The notes under the pieces: generated by a model
The model's input: only the letters and a program-made list of their open reading frames with translations
What the model was told of the DNA's origin: nothing
The model's database searches: none
Position numbers and translations under genes: made by a program
From: Mobula hypostoma
Lineage: Eukaryota
Assembly (NCBI RefSeq): GCF_963921235.1
Contig: NC_086118.1
Span: 27,096,001 to 27,160,000, forward strand
Direction of reading: 5' to 3'
Length of the DNA: 64,000 nt
Shown: piece by piece, positions 23,245 through 35,269 of the stretch
Numbering within the stretch: the stretch's first letter is position 1
How the letters are laid out: every line of letters begins with the position of its first letter

Positions 23245-23368
23245 GAGCTTCTTCCCCCTTTGCTTCTAGTCCAGGTGAAGAGTCCAGACCGAAACATCAA
23301 CTCTTTATATCTTTCCATAGATGCTGTCTGTCCTGCTGAGTTCCTCCAGCATTTTGTGTGTGTGTGTT
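23245..23368 (+). mobile_element. Decayed Penelope pLTR fragment
   Basis: AGTCCAGGTGAAGAGTCCAGACCGAAACATCAACT is a decayed hammerhead, followed by the GATGCTG..CTGCTGAGTTCCTCCAGCATTTTGTGTG tail. Confidence 0.65.
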
Positions 23369-24199
23369 ATACGTCAAGAATGCTCACGAGAAAGGCTATC
23401 AGAGGCTAACTTCCTAATGGTTAGCAAACTGTCAGCATTGGACCCTTTGAAATTGTAAGATTATTGGAAAAGATCACTATGAATATTTGAGGCTAAATAT
23501 GACTGGGGTTCATTTTATTTTTTTAATTCAGATGATACATACTCCCTATGGCAGTTCACCTCTTCCTGTTATCTCACTGAACAATGTTGTAGGCTTTGCA
23601 GGAAGTCTTTTGAAATCAACCTGAATCCTCTCTGACATGTAAAGGTTTAATTTCTGGCAGATTGAAGCTATATTCAATTTGAATGCTGCAGATGGTGGAA
23701 GATACATTCTGTTTTCGATAACAGGTCTTCACAGCCTGAGGAAATTTGTCTGAGAAACAAAGACACCATTTCATCTGAGCCAATCACATTTTATATTCTA
23801 TTGGATTTAACTATTTTCTCAAGAAATTAAAACAGAAACCAAGATTGGATAGTGCAGATGATGAAAGTGCAAAATATAAGCATTTGATGACCCTATACAT
23901 GAGGCATATAAAATTCAGTTCCCAGCCAATAGAATAGATTCCACAAGATAACACAACGGAAATGTGGAAATATTTTTGATTCCCTGTATGTACCAACTTG
24001 TGATCTGATTTGAGCTGCTTGTTGGAGGTGTTATGGTTATGTCAGAGTAATTAAACTGCATAGCAAAAAGAAGGGAACTCAAGATTTCAGTTTTAATTTG
24101 CTATTCAATATATTTTGGCTGCAAGGTGGTACAAACTCTAGGCCCAAAATACAAATGTTGATACTGTACTTTTCCAAGCCAAGGAACAAACGATTATAG

Positions 24200-25134
24200 C
24201 AGGGGTCCCCAAAATTTTTTGCACCGCGGACCGGTTTAATATTGACAATATTCTTGCGGACCGGCTGACCTGGGGGGGGCAGTGTTAATCACGACCGGAA
24301 TATAGGTGATAAGTCAACTGTAAGTCACTTATAAGTGGCTAATACACTCAATTTCTTTTCTAAAAGGGTTTATCTAACGAATTTAATGTTAGACACCCAG
24401 CGCATATTTTCCTTGCATGAATATAGTGATAAGTCAATTATAAGTCACTTATAGGTCAATAGCATCATAACATTTTAAGTAACGTTTGGATATTAAACAC
24501 ACAGCGCATATTTTCCTCGTATGAACATATAAAATCATTGCAACACACCAATATCGCTGAATCAGTGGGAGCCCTAGGCTTGTTTTCCTGCAATAAGACG
24601 ATCCGATTGAGGGGTGATGGGAGTCAGCGATTCTCGAAGGGGGTTCCTGATGTCCAGTCTATTCCGCAATTTTGTTTTCTTTGCATTCATTGCAGAAAAT
24701 TCCACTTTGCAGCGATATGATGTTGGAAATGGAAGCAACGTTTTCAGTGCTTACGTGGCTATCTCAGGATATTCAGCCTTGACTTTGATCCAGAATGCCG
24801 GCAGAGTTGTTATGTCAAACATACTTTTCAGTCTGCCGTCATTTGCAAGCTCGAGGAGTTGATCTTCTTCCTGCGCTGACATGGATGATTCACCGGGGAC
24901 ATTCACAAATGGGTCACGGACCCATTCTTTTGCACGTCTTGGGTCACTGATGACCTCGCATGGGTAATGACGTCACATGCGTTCAAGTTCAACAGTGGGC
25001 GTGGTAGGGAATGAGGAAATGTGCAGCTGACTCATATCGTTTCATATCGCCAAATCATATCGTTTCCTCACGGCCCGGTAGCACATGCTTTGTGGCCCGG
25101 TACCAGTCTGCAGCCCGGTGGCTGGGGACCACTG
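24200..25134 (-). mobile_element. hAT-Charlie non-autonomous DNA transposon, 935 bp
   Basis: TIRs CAGGGGTCCCCA / TGGGGACCACTG. Perfect 8-bp TSD GATTATAG at 24192-24199 and 25135-25142. Internal direct repeat of about 120 bp at about 24297-24525. Confidence 0.93.
24562..24950 (-). pseudogene. hAT transposase C-terminal dimerisation domain remnant
   Basis: Reads EWVRDPFVN..LLELANDG.LK..F..LPAFWIKVKAEYPEIAT*ALKTLLPFPTSY.C...FSAM..KKTKLRNRL..GKQA*GSH*. Confidence 0.85.
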
Positions 25135-25404
25135 GATTATAGCAGTACTACGATTACTTCATATTAAGGTGTGTTTTTTTTTAGAAAAACAGCAATTTAC
25201 AATTATGTGATTATGTGATGCAGTTTACATAGTTGAAAATTTTAGGGATCACGTAGCGAGCAAATTTTCACACTAATCAATTAGGACAGATAACTAAAAA
25301 TTCTCCAAGTTTGTTTTTCCTTAAAGGTGGAGAAGTAAAGGAGTTTATTGTGAGAGTTCAGAGTTCAGGCTTTAGGCAGTTCAACAGGTCATCAGAGGAG
25401 AATC

Positions 25405-26356
25405 ACTTAACAAGGGGAACAGGTCCTCCACAATGTATAGGGAGTTAGGAAAAAGGCTGAAAAGCAGGACCTCCAAGATAGTAATAGCTGGATTACTCCC
25501 AGTGCCCATGTGCTGGTCAGGGCAGGAATATGATGATGGTACAGATGAATGAGTGGCTGAGGACCTGGTGCAGGAGACAAGGTTTTAGGTCCTATGTTCA
25601 TTGGAACCTCTTCTGGGTTAGGGGTGACCTACACTAGAGGGCCAGGTTTCACCTAAACAGGGGGTGAACCAATATCTTAGCCGGGTGGTTCACTGGTGCT
25701 ACTCAGGAGAGTTTAAGCTCGTTCGGCAGTGTAAGGGAACCACAGCACCAGGCCAGAAAGTGGGGGAATGGAGAAGAAGGTGGATATCAGGGCCGGTAAA
25801 TACAAGCAAGACCCAAGTAAAAGATATGATAGAACTGATAGTTTGAAGTGTGTGTATTTTAATGCTAGGAGTACTATGGGTGAAGGTGATGAACTCAGAG
25901 TATGGATCAGTACATGGAAGTATGATGTTATGGGCCACAACGCAGTGACCCTTGAGTTTTAAGATAGTTACTGTATAGTTAAAAATAAGTAAGCACCTTG
26001 CGGGAGAGAATTAAGTTGGAGCAGGGCAAATTGTGGGAGCGTTAGGCAGGAACTAGGCAGAGTTAATTGGGAACAGCTGTTTTTGGTCAAGTCCACATAT
26101 GGAAGGTGTTTAAAGACCAGTTGCACAGTGTGCAGCAGAGTTCCAGTCAGAAGGAAGGACCAAGATGGCAAGGTAATCAGGAGACATCAAGGGTGGTGGT
26201 GGACTTAGTTAGAAAGAAAAAGGAAAAGAATGTAAAGCTTAGGGAGCCAGAATCAAAAACGCAGCCTTTGTTGATTATAAGGAAGCCAGAAAAGAACTCA
26301 AGAAGGGAATTAGGACAACCAGGTGGAGCCATGAGAAGTTCTTGGCGAGTAGGATT
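25405..26356 (+). mobile_element. Decayed CR1 fragments (ORF1 esterase end, ORF2 endonuclease start, linker)
   Basis: Reads LKSRTSK.VI.GLLPVP and LKCVYFNARS...DELRVWISTWKYDV. Confidence 0.7.
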
Positions 26357-26369
26357 AAAGTGGGCTAAC

Positions 26370-26966
26370 CGGTGGTGGTGGTGGTATCCATTAGTCTCGC
26401 GAGACCATGGATCTGTGCCTGGAAAGAGGAGTGTCCTCTCCAGGGCGCAGGCCTGGGCAAGGTTGTATGGAAGACCGGCAGTTGCCCATGCAGCAAGTCT
26501 CCCCTCTCCACGACACCGATGCTGTCCAAGGTAAGGGCAAGGGCTGGTGCAGCTTGGCACCAGTGTTGTCGCATAGAGTTGCCAGAACACGGTTGAAGGC
26601 AACGTCAGACTGCCTTAGGGACTTCAGCTCCAGAATTGTCCTCGGGGTTACTCCTGAAACTTCCCATGAGTGGATATGACGCAAGGCAGCAGAGGTTCGA
26701 AATCAGAGTTTTCCCTCTCTTAGATGGACTGCCTTCCCAGGCTGACGAGCTCCATCTACCCAAAGCACTGGTTTTAAGGCGCCAGGATCCGCCCCTTCTC
26801 CTGTCAGTCAAAACAGTTCCGCCGGGCTTAGAGGCTAAGCCACACGAAAAGGCCAGGAGTTGGATTTGATTGTTAGAGGCTACTTGAGGCACGTGCTGTG
26901 AGGAGCACTTCTAGGTAGTGGGAGCTTGTCCCCACTGCCACTCCTTGGCTTGACAACCTTGGAACC
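26370..26966 (-). mobile_element. Non-coding short retroelement, RTE-like, 597 bp
   Basis: 13-bp TSD AAAGTGGGCTAAC at 26357-26369 and 26967-26979, (ACC)n tail, no pol III boxes, no credible ORF. RTE affinity is inferred from the 5' UTR-like motifs and the tail. Confidence 0.75.
26798..26966 (-). ncRNA. Predicted HDV-like ribozyme at the element 5' end
   Basis: P1 GGUUCC/GGAACU with G1-U wobble, P2 CUCCUG/CAGGAG, P3 GCC/GGC, L3 UUUUCGU plus an inserted hairpin, J4/2 GACUGA. Confidence 0.65.
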
Positions 26967-28035
26967 AAAGTGGGCTAACTAGAGGTTTATAAAACTGCAA
27001 CATAACTTCCTGCCTTCTGAACTAAATGCCTTGATTAATAAATGAAAGTATACCACACGTAACCTATGTAATCACTTTCAGGGAGCTATGAACTTGGACC
27101 TCAAGATCCCTCTGCTCATTAACACTTCCAAGGGTCTTGCCCTTAACAATATACTGTCTTTTTTACATTTGACCTGCCAAGGTGCAGCATTTCACAGTTG
27201 GCCAGATTGAACTTCATCTGCCATTTCACTGCTCATCTAAGATCAGTCAATATTTTTCAGGATTATCCCTGGTTCCTTTCTTGAATAATGGAACACAATT
27301 AGCTATTCACCAGTCCTCCAAGACCAACCAGTGGCTAGAAAGGACACAAAGATATTAGTTAAGGCCTCAGCAATGTCATTTCTTTCCTCTCTTAAAAATC
27401 TGGTGTAATTCCCATCAGGTCCTGGGGACAGCCATGTTAATGCAACTTAAGAGTCCCAATACCACCTCCTCCCTTATTTCAAAATGCCCAAGCACATCTA
27501 TGTGCTTGACACTGATCTCCCTATCCTCCACATCCTTCTCTTTGGTGAATACTGATGTAAAGTACTCATTAAGGACCTCACCCACATCCTCTGCATTCAA
27601 GCAAATGTTCCTGACTTTATTCTTGAGTGGTCCTACACTCTCTCTAGTTATCCTGTTGCTCTTGATGTGTGTATGGAATGCCTTGGGATTCTTTTTCATC
27701 CTATTTGCCAAAGACTTTTCATGGCCCCTCCTGGGTTTCCTAATTCCCTCCATGAGTTCCTTTCTGGCTTATTTATAATCCTCACCAGCTCTGTTTGATT
27801 CTTACTTCCTAACCTTTATATACTTTACCTTTTCCTTCTTGACTAATTTCACCACCATGCTTGACATCTAAAGTTCACATATCTTGCCATCCTTGTCCTT
27901 CTGACTAGAATATACCTGTCCTGTACTCTGTGCAGTTGGTCTATAAACACTTGTTACATGTTGGATGTGGACTTGCCCAAAAACAGCGGTTTCCAATTAA
28001 CTCTCCCTAGTTCCTGCCTAATGCTCTCGGAATTT

Positions 28036-29081
28036 CACTCCATCCTCCCGCCACCCCACTAGGAATAGGGTTCCCCTGGTCCTCACCTACCACCCCACCA
28101 GCCTCCGGGTCCAACATATTATTCTCCGTAACTTCCGCCACCTCCAACGGGATCCCACCACTAAGCACATCTTTCCCTCCCCCCATCTCTCTGCATTCCA
28201 CAGGGATCGCTCCCTACACAACTCCCTTGTCCATTCGTCCCCCCCACCTCTCCCCACTGATCTCCCTCCTGGCACTTATCCGTGTAAGCGGAACAAGTGC
28301 TACACATGCCCTTACACTTCCTCCCTTACCACCATTCAGGGCCCCAAACAGTCCTTCCAGGTGAGGCAACACTTCACCTGTGAGTCGACTGGGGTGATAT
28401 ACTGTGTCCGGTGCTCCCGATGTGGCCTTTTATATATTGGTGAGACCCGACGCAGACTGGGAGACAGCTTTGCTGAACATCTACGCTCTGTCCGCCAGAG
28501 AAAGCAGGATCACCCAGTGGCCACACATTTTAATTCCACATCCCATTCCCATTCTGACATGTCTATCCACGGCCTCCTCTACTGTAAAGATGAAGCCACA
28601 CTCAGGTTGGAGGAACAACACCTTATATTCCGTCTGGGTAGCCTCCAACCTGATGGCATGAACATCGACTTCTCTAACTTCCGCTAAGGCTCCACCTCCC
28701 CCTCGTACCCCATCTGTTACTTATTTTTATGCACACATTCTTTCTCTCACTCTCCTTTTTCTCCCTCTGTCCCTCTGAATATACCTCTTGCCCATCCTCT
28801 GGGTCCCCCACCCCCTCCTTGTCTTTCCTCCTGGACCTCCTGTCCCATGATCCTCTCGTATCCCCTCTTGCCTATCACCTGTCCAGCTCTTGGCTCTATC
28901 CCTCCCCCTCCTGTCTTCTCCTATCATTTTGGATCTCCCCCTCCCCCTCCAACTTTCAAATCCCTTACTCACTCTTCCTTCAGTTAGTCCTGACGAAGGG
29001 TCTCGGCCTGAAACGTCGACTGCACCTCTTCCTACAGATGCTGCTTGGCCTGCTGCGTTCACCAGCAACTTTGATGTGTGT
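28036..29081 (+). mobile_element. 5'-truncated Penelope copy (GIY-YIG and pLTR), 14-bp TSD
   Basis: TSD TGCTCTCGGAATTT at 28022-28035 and 29082-29095. ORF 28361-28687 has VIYCVRCSRCGLLYIGET. Confidence 0.92.
28985..29022 (+). ncRNA. Minimal hammerhead ribozyme
   Basis: TAGTC-CTGACGA-AGGGTCTCGGCCT-GAAACGTC-GACTG. Confidence 0.78.
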
Positions 29082-29537
29082 TGCTCTCGGAATTTGCCCT
29101 GTTCCAATTTAATACTCTTCCACAGGGTCCATACTTATCCTTATCAATAGCTATCTTAAAACGTAAAGAGTTGTGGTCACTGTTCATGAACTGCTCACCT
29201 ACTGAAAGGTTGGCTTTTGCCCAAGACCAGGTCCAATATAGCCATTCCTCTTGTTGTTCTAGCTATATATTGATTTAAGAAACCCTCTTGGATGCACCTA
29301 ACAAATTCTGCCCAATCTAAATCTCTTGCACTCAGAAGGTCCCAGTTTATATTAGGAAAGGTGGAAGGTTGCCTGGTGGGATGGCAGAGGTAACTGCACT
29401 CCTCAGTTCCAAAAGGTGCCTGCATCAGCAACCGTAAAGTAAGATTCATCTCAGAAGTTCTTTACTGAGTGGCATGGACACAGCCCAGTCTCTTGGATTC
29501 CATGGGCTAATGTTATTGAAACCATATTTGCCAGAGT

Positions 29538-30160
29538 AAGCAGGGTCTCCCAGTGGCCACACATTTTAATTCCACGTCCCATTCCCATTCTGATATGTCT
29601 ATCCACAGCCTCCTCTACTGTAAAGATGAAGCCACACTCAGGTTGGAGGAACAACACCTTATATTCCGTCTGGGTAGCCTCCAAGCTGATGGCATGAACA
29701 TTGACTTCTCTAGCTTCCGTTAACGCCCCACCTCCCCTTCATACCCCATCCATTATTTATTTATTTATTATTATATATATATTTTTTTCTCTCTCTTTTT
29801 CTCCCTCTGCCCCCCTCACTATACTCCTTGCCCATCCTCTGGGCTTCCCCCCCTCCCTTTCTTTCTCCCTGGGCCTCCTGTCCCATAATCCTCTCATATC
29901 CCTTTTGCCTATCACCTGTCCAGCTCTTGGCTCCATCCCTCCCCCTCCTGTCTTCTCCTATCATTTCGGATCTCCCCCTCCCCCTCCCACTTTCAAATCT
30001 CTTCCTATCTCTTCTTTCAGTTAGTCCTGACGAAGGGTCTCGACCTGAAATTTCGACTGCACCTCTTCCTATAGATGCTGCCTGGCCTGCTGCGTTCACC
30101 AGCAATTTTTATGTGTGTTGCTTGAAATTCCAGCATCTGCAGATTTCCTGGTGTTTGCGT
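29538..30160 (+). mobile_element. Penelope 3' fragment with pLTR (hammerhead stem III mutated)
   Basis: Reads LPVATHFNSTSHSHSDMS..LEEQHLIFRLGSLQ. CTGACGA..GAAATTTC at 30027-30054. Confidence 0.88.
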
Positions 30161-31473
30161 TAGCCAAAGGAAGTCACCTCTCAAATGAAGCATTAAAACA
30201 TTGGCTTAGAATTGAAAATGGTCAAGACACTTCAGACTTGGTTGTCATTCATATTTCATTGGTAGCATGTTTTCCTCTGTGTCAAATGATTATTAGCTAC
30301 AGGAAGTATAATCTCTCTCCTTTTAGTTCTAAACTACCCATGCATTAACAAGTGACAGCATCACTGTTGGTCACTATATACACTTCAGTTCTTTTCCTTA
30401 TTTCACCTTGCGACTTACTTTGTAATCTGTCAATGTTGATTTTTGTTTTAACTTTCTTCATCATTTTGGCAGATTTGGCAACATTTGTTTTTGAAGTTAT
30501 ATGAGGTTTGTGCTTCTAAGCTCTTCCAGGACCCACGCAGATAATTTAGACTGGCACCTCTGAGCTATATTGGGGAAGTGCTTTATTTGTAGAAGTGATA
30601 TCCTTCAGATGATTAAAAATAGGCCAGTTAGAAATATTTCAAAGGGAATGTAGCTCATAAAAAGTTAAAAATAATCATGAAGTCAAGAGCTATGTTATGG
30701 GATGACAAGAATGTGATACTGATTTTCACAGCTCCCAGCCAGGTTATATCCTTAGCAACAGATATATCCTACAACCTCATACATAAAGTCTTCTCTAACC
30801 CTGAATATAAGCCTTTACAATTAAATAAGAGTTACAATTGCACCCCGTTTCCCTATTTTAATACAAAGTTAGCAGATATTGGGAAGCACCATCTTATTCC
30901 CCCCCAAAATTCCCCCAAAAATAATATTTAAAGAAAAATTATTTTGTGTAAAACAATCCCCAGGGAAAACTGAAATTTTTTTTTAGGAATAATCATTTCA
31001 GCAGTTCTTTTAGAATTAATTCCGGGGATGTAAGTGGCTACTGGCACAACCAACCTTGACTGAATGTAAGTGGTGGTGAGTTATCTTCTTGAACTACTCT
31101 TGTTGATTGCTGAATGCAACTGGGTTGCCTTATCGGTCACTTCAGCTGAGAAACATCTGTATTGCTGCGAGACTGAGGTCATAAACAGGACAATCCATGT
31201 ATGGATGAAAGTTTCTTTCCGTAATTGGCACAAATGAAGTAGTATTAGATAAGTGTGTAGAACTAGGCCGGATATGCCGCCGGGTTTGGGAGCAGGTGTT
31301 ACCCTGCAGCCACCGGGCACCTGGACGGGCTTCACTCGCCTCAGCACTGAAGTGGTTCCATGGCTGTGCACCCGCTTTCGGGGACTCTGCGGTTAATGTT
31401 TTCTATGTTATTTGTTTACATTTTTACTGTTGCATATTTTGTTCTTTTTTTTCACCCACTGGCTTTTTCAAAG

Positions 31474-31576
31474 TCAACTGTACCTCTTCCTAGAGAAGCT
31501 GCCTGGCCTGCTGCGTTCACCAGCAACTTCGACGTGTGTTGCTTGAATCTCCAGCATCTGCAGAATTCCTGTTGTT
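31474..31576 (+). mobile_element. 103-bp Penelope pLTR tail insertion with 14-bp TSD
   Basis: TGGCTTTTTCAAAG at 31460-31473 and 31577-31590. The insert matches the pLTR sequence downstream of the hammerhead. Confidence 0.85.
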
Positions 31577-31999
31577 TGGCTTTTTCAAAGGGGTTCTTTT
31601 GGTTTCTTTGGTTTGTTGCTGCCTGCAAGAAGATAGATCTCAAGGTTGTATGTACTATACGTACTTTGAACTTTGATCTTAGAATTGTTATTTTCCTTGT
31701 TCTTATATAATTTAACTTTGCTGTGCTTGCTTGAATTTTTATGTATGCATATAATGGTTCAGAGAATTTTCCAGCAATTATGTATCTTTCGAGATGATTC
31801 TTAATTTTCATTAGCAGGTGTCGTGACAGTTGAATCTGGATATTTTATAGGCTAACTGTTATCGTGGAATTTTTGTTATCTCTAGTCCGAGTATGAGTTG
31901 CCCACGACTGAGTTGAGCTTTGCTTTTTCTTTATTCTCTAGGCTCTTTCTTTGTTCTTTGTTCTTGTAAGAACTAATAAAATGGTAGTAAGCAATAACT

Positions 32000-32320
32000 G
32001 CAAGAAATTCTGCAGATGCTGGAAACCCAAAACAAAACACACACACAAAATGCTGAAACTCAACAGGTCAGGCAGCATCTATGCACAGTCAATGTTTCAG
32101 GCTGGGGCGCTTCATCAGGACTGGAAAGGAAGGCGGAAGGAGCCAGAATAAAAAGGTGGGGGAGAGGAAAAAGGATAGTTGGAAGGTGATAGGTGAATCC
32201 AGCTGGAGAGGAAGGCATCTGATAGGAGAGGAGAGTGGACCATGAGAGAAAGGGAAGGATGAGAGGACCCAGGGCGAGATGATAGGCAGGTGAGAAGAGG
32301 TAAGAGTGGGAAAGAGCAAT
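32000..32320 (-). mobile_element. Older Penelope pLTR fragment with near-intact hammerhead (32086-32123)
   Basis: CAGTC-CTGATGA-AGCGCCCCAGCCT-GAAACATT-GACTG. Confidence 0.75.
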
Positions 32321-33794
32321 AATTTCTGTGCTTCATTCTTGACTTCTGAAGAAACTTAGAATCACCAAAGTATTAGGATTCAACAGTTATTTCGGACACA
32401 TCTACTAATACTGAATTATTATTTCATACATAACTTGAGGTGTTTAATTGGTTGGTAATTAGAAAATATTGCTGGAAGGAATCTGCAAAAAATAGGATTT
32501 TGCAAAGAAAGGATAGGGAAGGGAATTTTTTTTAGAATGAGGTATAATTTGAAAGTACTTTCACCGGTAGTGATAATGTTGCTGTGAAGGGAAGTGTTAC
32601 ACAGCTATAGGAAATGTGTAGAGTAGTGGGGCTACTTGCTTATCTCCTTTAAAGGAATAATTTAAGTGTGATCAGTCAAATAGCTTCCTCCTGCGCTGCA
32701 AGATTCTTCCATTTTAAGCCACGGGCAACTCTTCCATCTGTTTGTTTTTTGGCATTCAGATCTCCGGATTTGGCACTTAGATTACAAATCCAAATACTTC
32801 AGTCATTCTAATATAGTGTAATAGCTCACCGTCATGTTGGCACTCTTGGTCCTGGAAAAAGTTAAAATTTAAATGAGAGATATGTTAGCTGCCTGATTGT
32901 AATTTGAATTAAGTAACATCTATCTAAGAGGAGTTGAGTGTGTTTGATGCCTTTGGACCTCAGCACTAAACCACATTTCTTGAAAGTCTTATCAAATCTC
33001 TTTTAAATTTTTTTTGCCAAAAGTAAGCAAGTCAAAAGGAGAACATAAAATGTGATTGATTCTGGTTCTTCCTGCTAACCAATCAATTTCTAGCAAATTA
33101 CAGTTCTCTGAAATAAAAAAATTGTGACTGTTTGTCATTGACAATTGTGAAAATAAAAGTAATTTTTCTTGAAAAACTGGATGAAAATGTTGTCATCTTA
33201 AAAGATGGTATTTCACTGCACCTTTGCAGGTGGTTCAAGTGGATATTAGTGACCTCATCAAGATTTCAAAGAAGGGCAGGGAATTCTGCCTTTACTAGTA
33301 AGGATGGAGACATTTCAATGTTGTTTGTCAGGTATTATTTTGTTAGGTTGACTGATGTGTTTACCTTTATAATAATGGTGACAACGCTTCAGGGTATTTT
33401 TGTTTTATGAAACGCATTTAAAATGTTTGAAGCTACATCATACGGCAAGCTTATTTTTTATTGAGGAGTGACATCCTCAACAGCTTTTATAGGAATTGGA
33501 TGATTAACTTCAAATCTCTAGATATTTGAAGATTATCTGCCAAAATCTTTGAACAATTGCCAAGCCAGCAAATGAAATGAAATGTTTTTTGCCAACAATA
33601 AATTGTCAACTTCATTAATAAAATGTTATTAGTTACATGAAAGATGTCTAGATTGTTTTATCATCAATATCTTATTTAGAAAACTTGCTCTTTTAAATTA
33701 TGTGCAAAGTTATCCGCTGCTAGGCTGAAATTGTAAAGATGTGCGTCACAAAAGTTTTTTCATTGTAGCTGAGTGGAGCTTTACTATTGGTTTT

Positions 33795-34375
33795 TCACGA
33801 TGCTCTGAACACATCATCAGCGATGTAACTGGGGTCATCGGGTGTTTCAAGTCGTTCAACGTCAGACACCGTCACCCAGGCAACCCAGCCGTGGGTGATT
33901 GAGCCACGACTCGTGTTCAGGTAGCATGTCCTGCAGATCCCCATGGACTTGCTTTCTTCATCTAGAACCATCTTGAAGCTTTCCCTGTGGCCTCTGTGAT
34001 GTTGCCAATGGCTCTCTGCCTCCTTGTATCAGTGACGTCTAGCCAAGCCCTGGCAGTCCACTTCAATAGGCATGCACTTTGCCTTCCATCCCTGCTTCTG
34101 ACAGTTGCTGATCAGTTCCTTGCATCTCACAAGTTTCCTCTCATGGGCCTTCTGCAGACAATCCTCCTACAGCACTGTCAGTTCCAGCAGGATGATATAA
34201 GTTGCTGCGCCTGAGACCAGGAGGTTGTCTGGTCTCAGGGTGTACTGTGGGAACTTTAATCATTTCACCAGGTTAGTCATGAACTGCCAGTCATGAGCGG
34301 GTGCCAGAATCCCTGTGGGTGGTTTTACTTTTGCTTCTGGATGCTCTCCAGCTCTCACAAAGGTGATGGTTTGAT
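33795..34375 (-). mobile_element. Hero/R2-like (restriction-like endonuclease) LINE 3' fragment, decayed
   Basis: Minus translation LRPDNLLVS....IILLELTVL*ED..KAHERK...GWKAKCMPIEVDCQG..KASRWF*MKK..PW contains the RPD..ELTV RLE motif. Confidence 0.8.
33806..33870 (-). ncRNA. Candidate permuted hammerhead-like ribozyme, second family
   Basis: GGUGU-C-UGACGU-UGAAC-GACUU-GAA-ACACC...ACAUCG-CUGAUGA-UGU-GUUCA. Confidence 0.55.
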
Positions 34376-34825
34376 TGTAAATATACATCGAAGGCAATGT
34401 AAGGTATTTGTAGCTTCCTTTCATTCAAATCTGCAACATCATTAGTGTGTATTTATTTTGCTCTCTGAATCTCAAACTCGGTATCGTGCAGTTATTGATG
34501 AATTTTCTATATTATCCATGGGGGTTCAGTAGCATAATAGCTAATTTGACAGACTTCAAATATGAACACATATATTCAACCCCACGCAGGTACTGGTGAA
34601 TTTAAATTCAGTTGATTAAATGAACTCTGAATTCAAATACTTGTAATTGTAACTATGAAACTATATCATTACATTACTGTACAACTATCCTTGGGTAGAT
34701 ATTAGTAACTTCATCACGTTCTCAAAACAGAGCTAGGAGTTCTGGAAGTGCCATAAAAAAACATTTTCCTCCAGTCAAAAATGGATGCATATTAAAGAAA
34801 TTTGAAGGGTATTGTTGACATTATT

Positions 34826-34889
34826 AATTCTATAGGGTATTAACTAAATATTGGACAAATTCTAGAGGGTATTAACTAAATATTGGACA
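34826..34889 (+). repeat. 32-bp tandem duplication
   Basis: AATTCTAtAGGGTATTAACTAAATATTGGACA occurs twice with one mismatch. Confidence 0.9.
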
Positions 34890-35269
34890 AAGAGACTCTA
34901 AACCAAGATTTAGTACAACAATCTTTATTAGCACTTGAGTTACTTTGGCATACATGTGTAGGATTCACTATGAATAATGTTACATTTAACTTACTACTGT
35001 ATTCTAACTTCTCAGTTTTTATACTAAATCATAAGACTCATGGTTTGGACTCATATACTACCCAAACAGATGGTCTGTCTCTGCCTCAGTTTCAGATTCC
35101 CTCAATCTCCGGTGCAATTCTTCAACCAATTTGATTCAGTCCACAAGCTAGCACAGAACACTGTTTATAAGGCTTTGGACACAAATATCAGGGTTGTGGT
35201 ACTGAAGATGTGCTTCAGAACTGCCTAAAACTTGGGCCAGGCTACAATATCCACCTGGGTATGCCCTGT

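Larger units (their letters stand above)
26980..29360 (-). mobile_element. Decayed CR1 LINE fragments interrupted by Penelope
   Basis: ORF 27415-27753 reads KNPKAF..IKS....VGPLK...LNEYFTSVFTKE. Endonuclease remnant FPNINWD..FVRCIQEGFLNQY..TRG.AILDLVL at 29195-29360. Confidence 0.8.

Noticed and set aside
24297..24525. CRISPR-like repeat array
   Set aside because: Only two degenerate subterminal repeats inside a hAT element, in a eukaryotic context with no cas genes.
29524..30174. TSD around the 29538-30160 Penelope copy (TTTGCCAGAGTAAG / TTAGCCAAAGGAAG)
   Set aside because: Only 11 of 14 positions are identical, too degenerate to count for an otherwise well-preserved copy.
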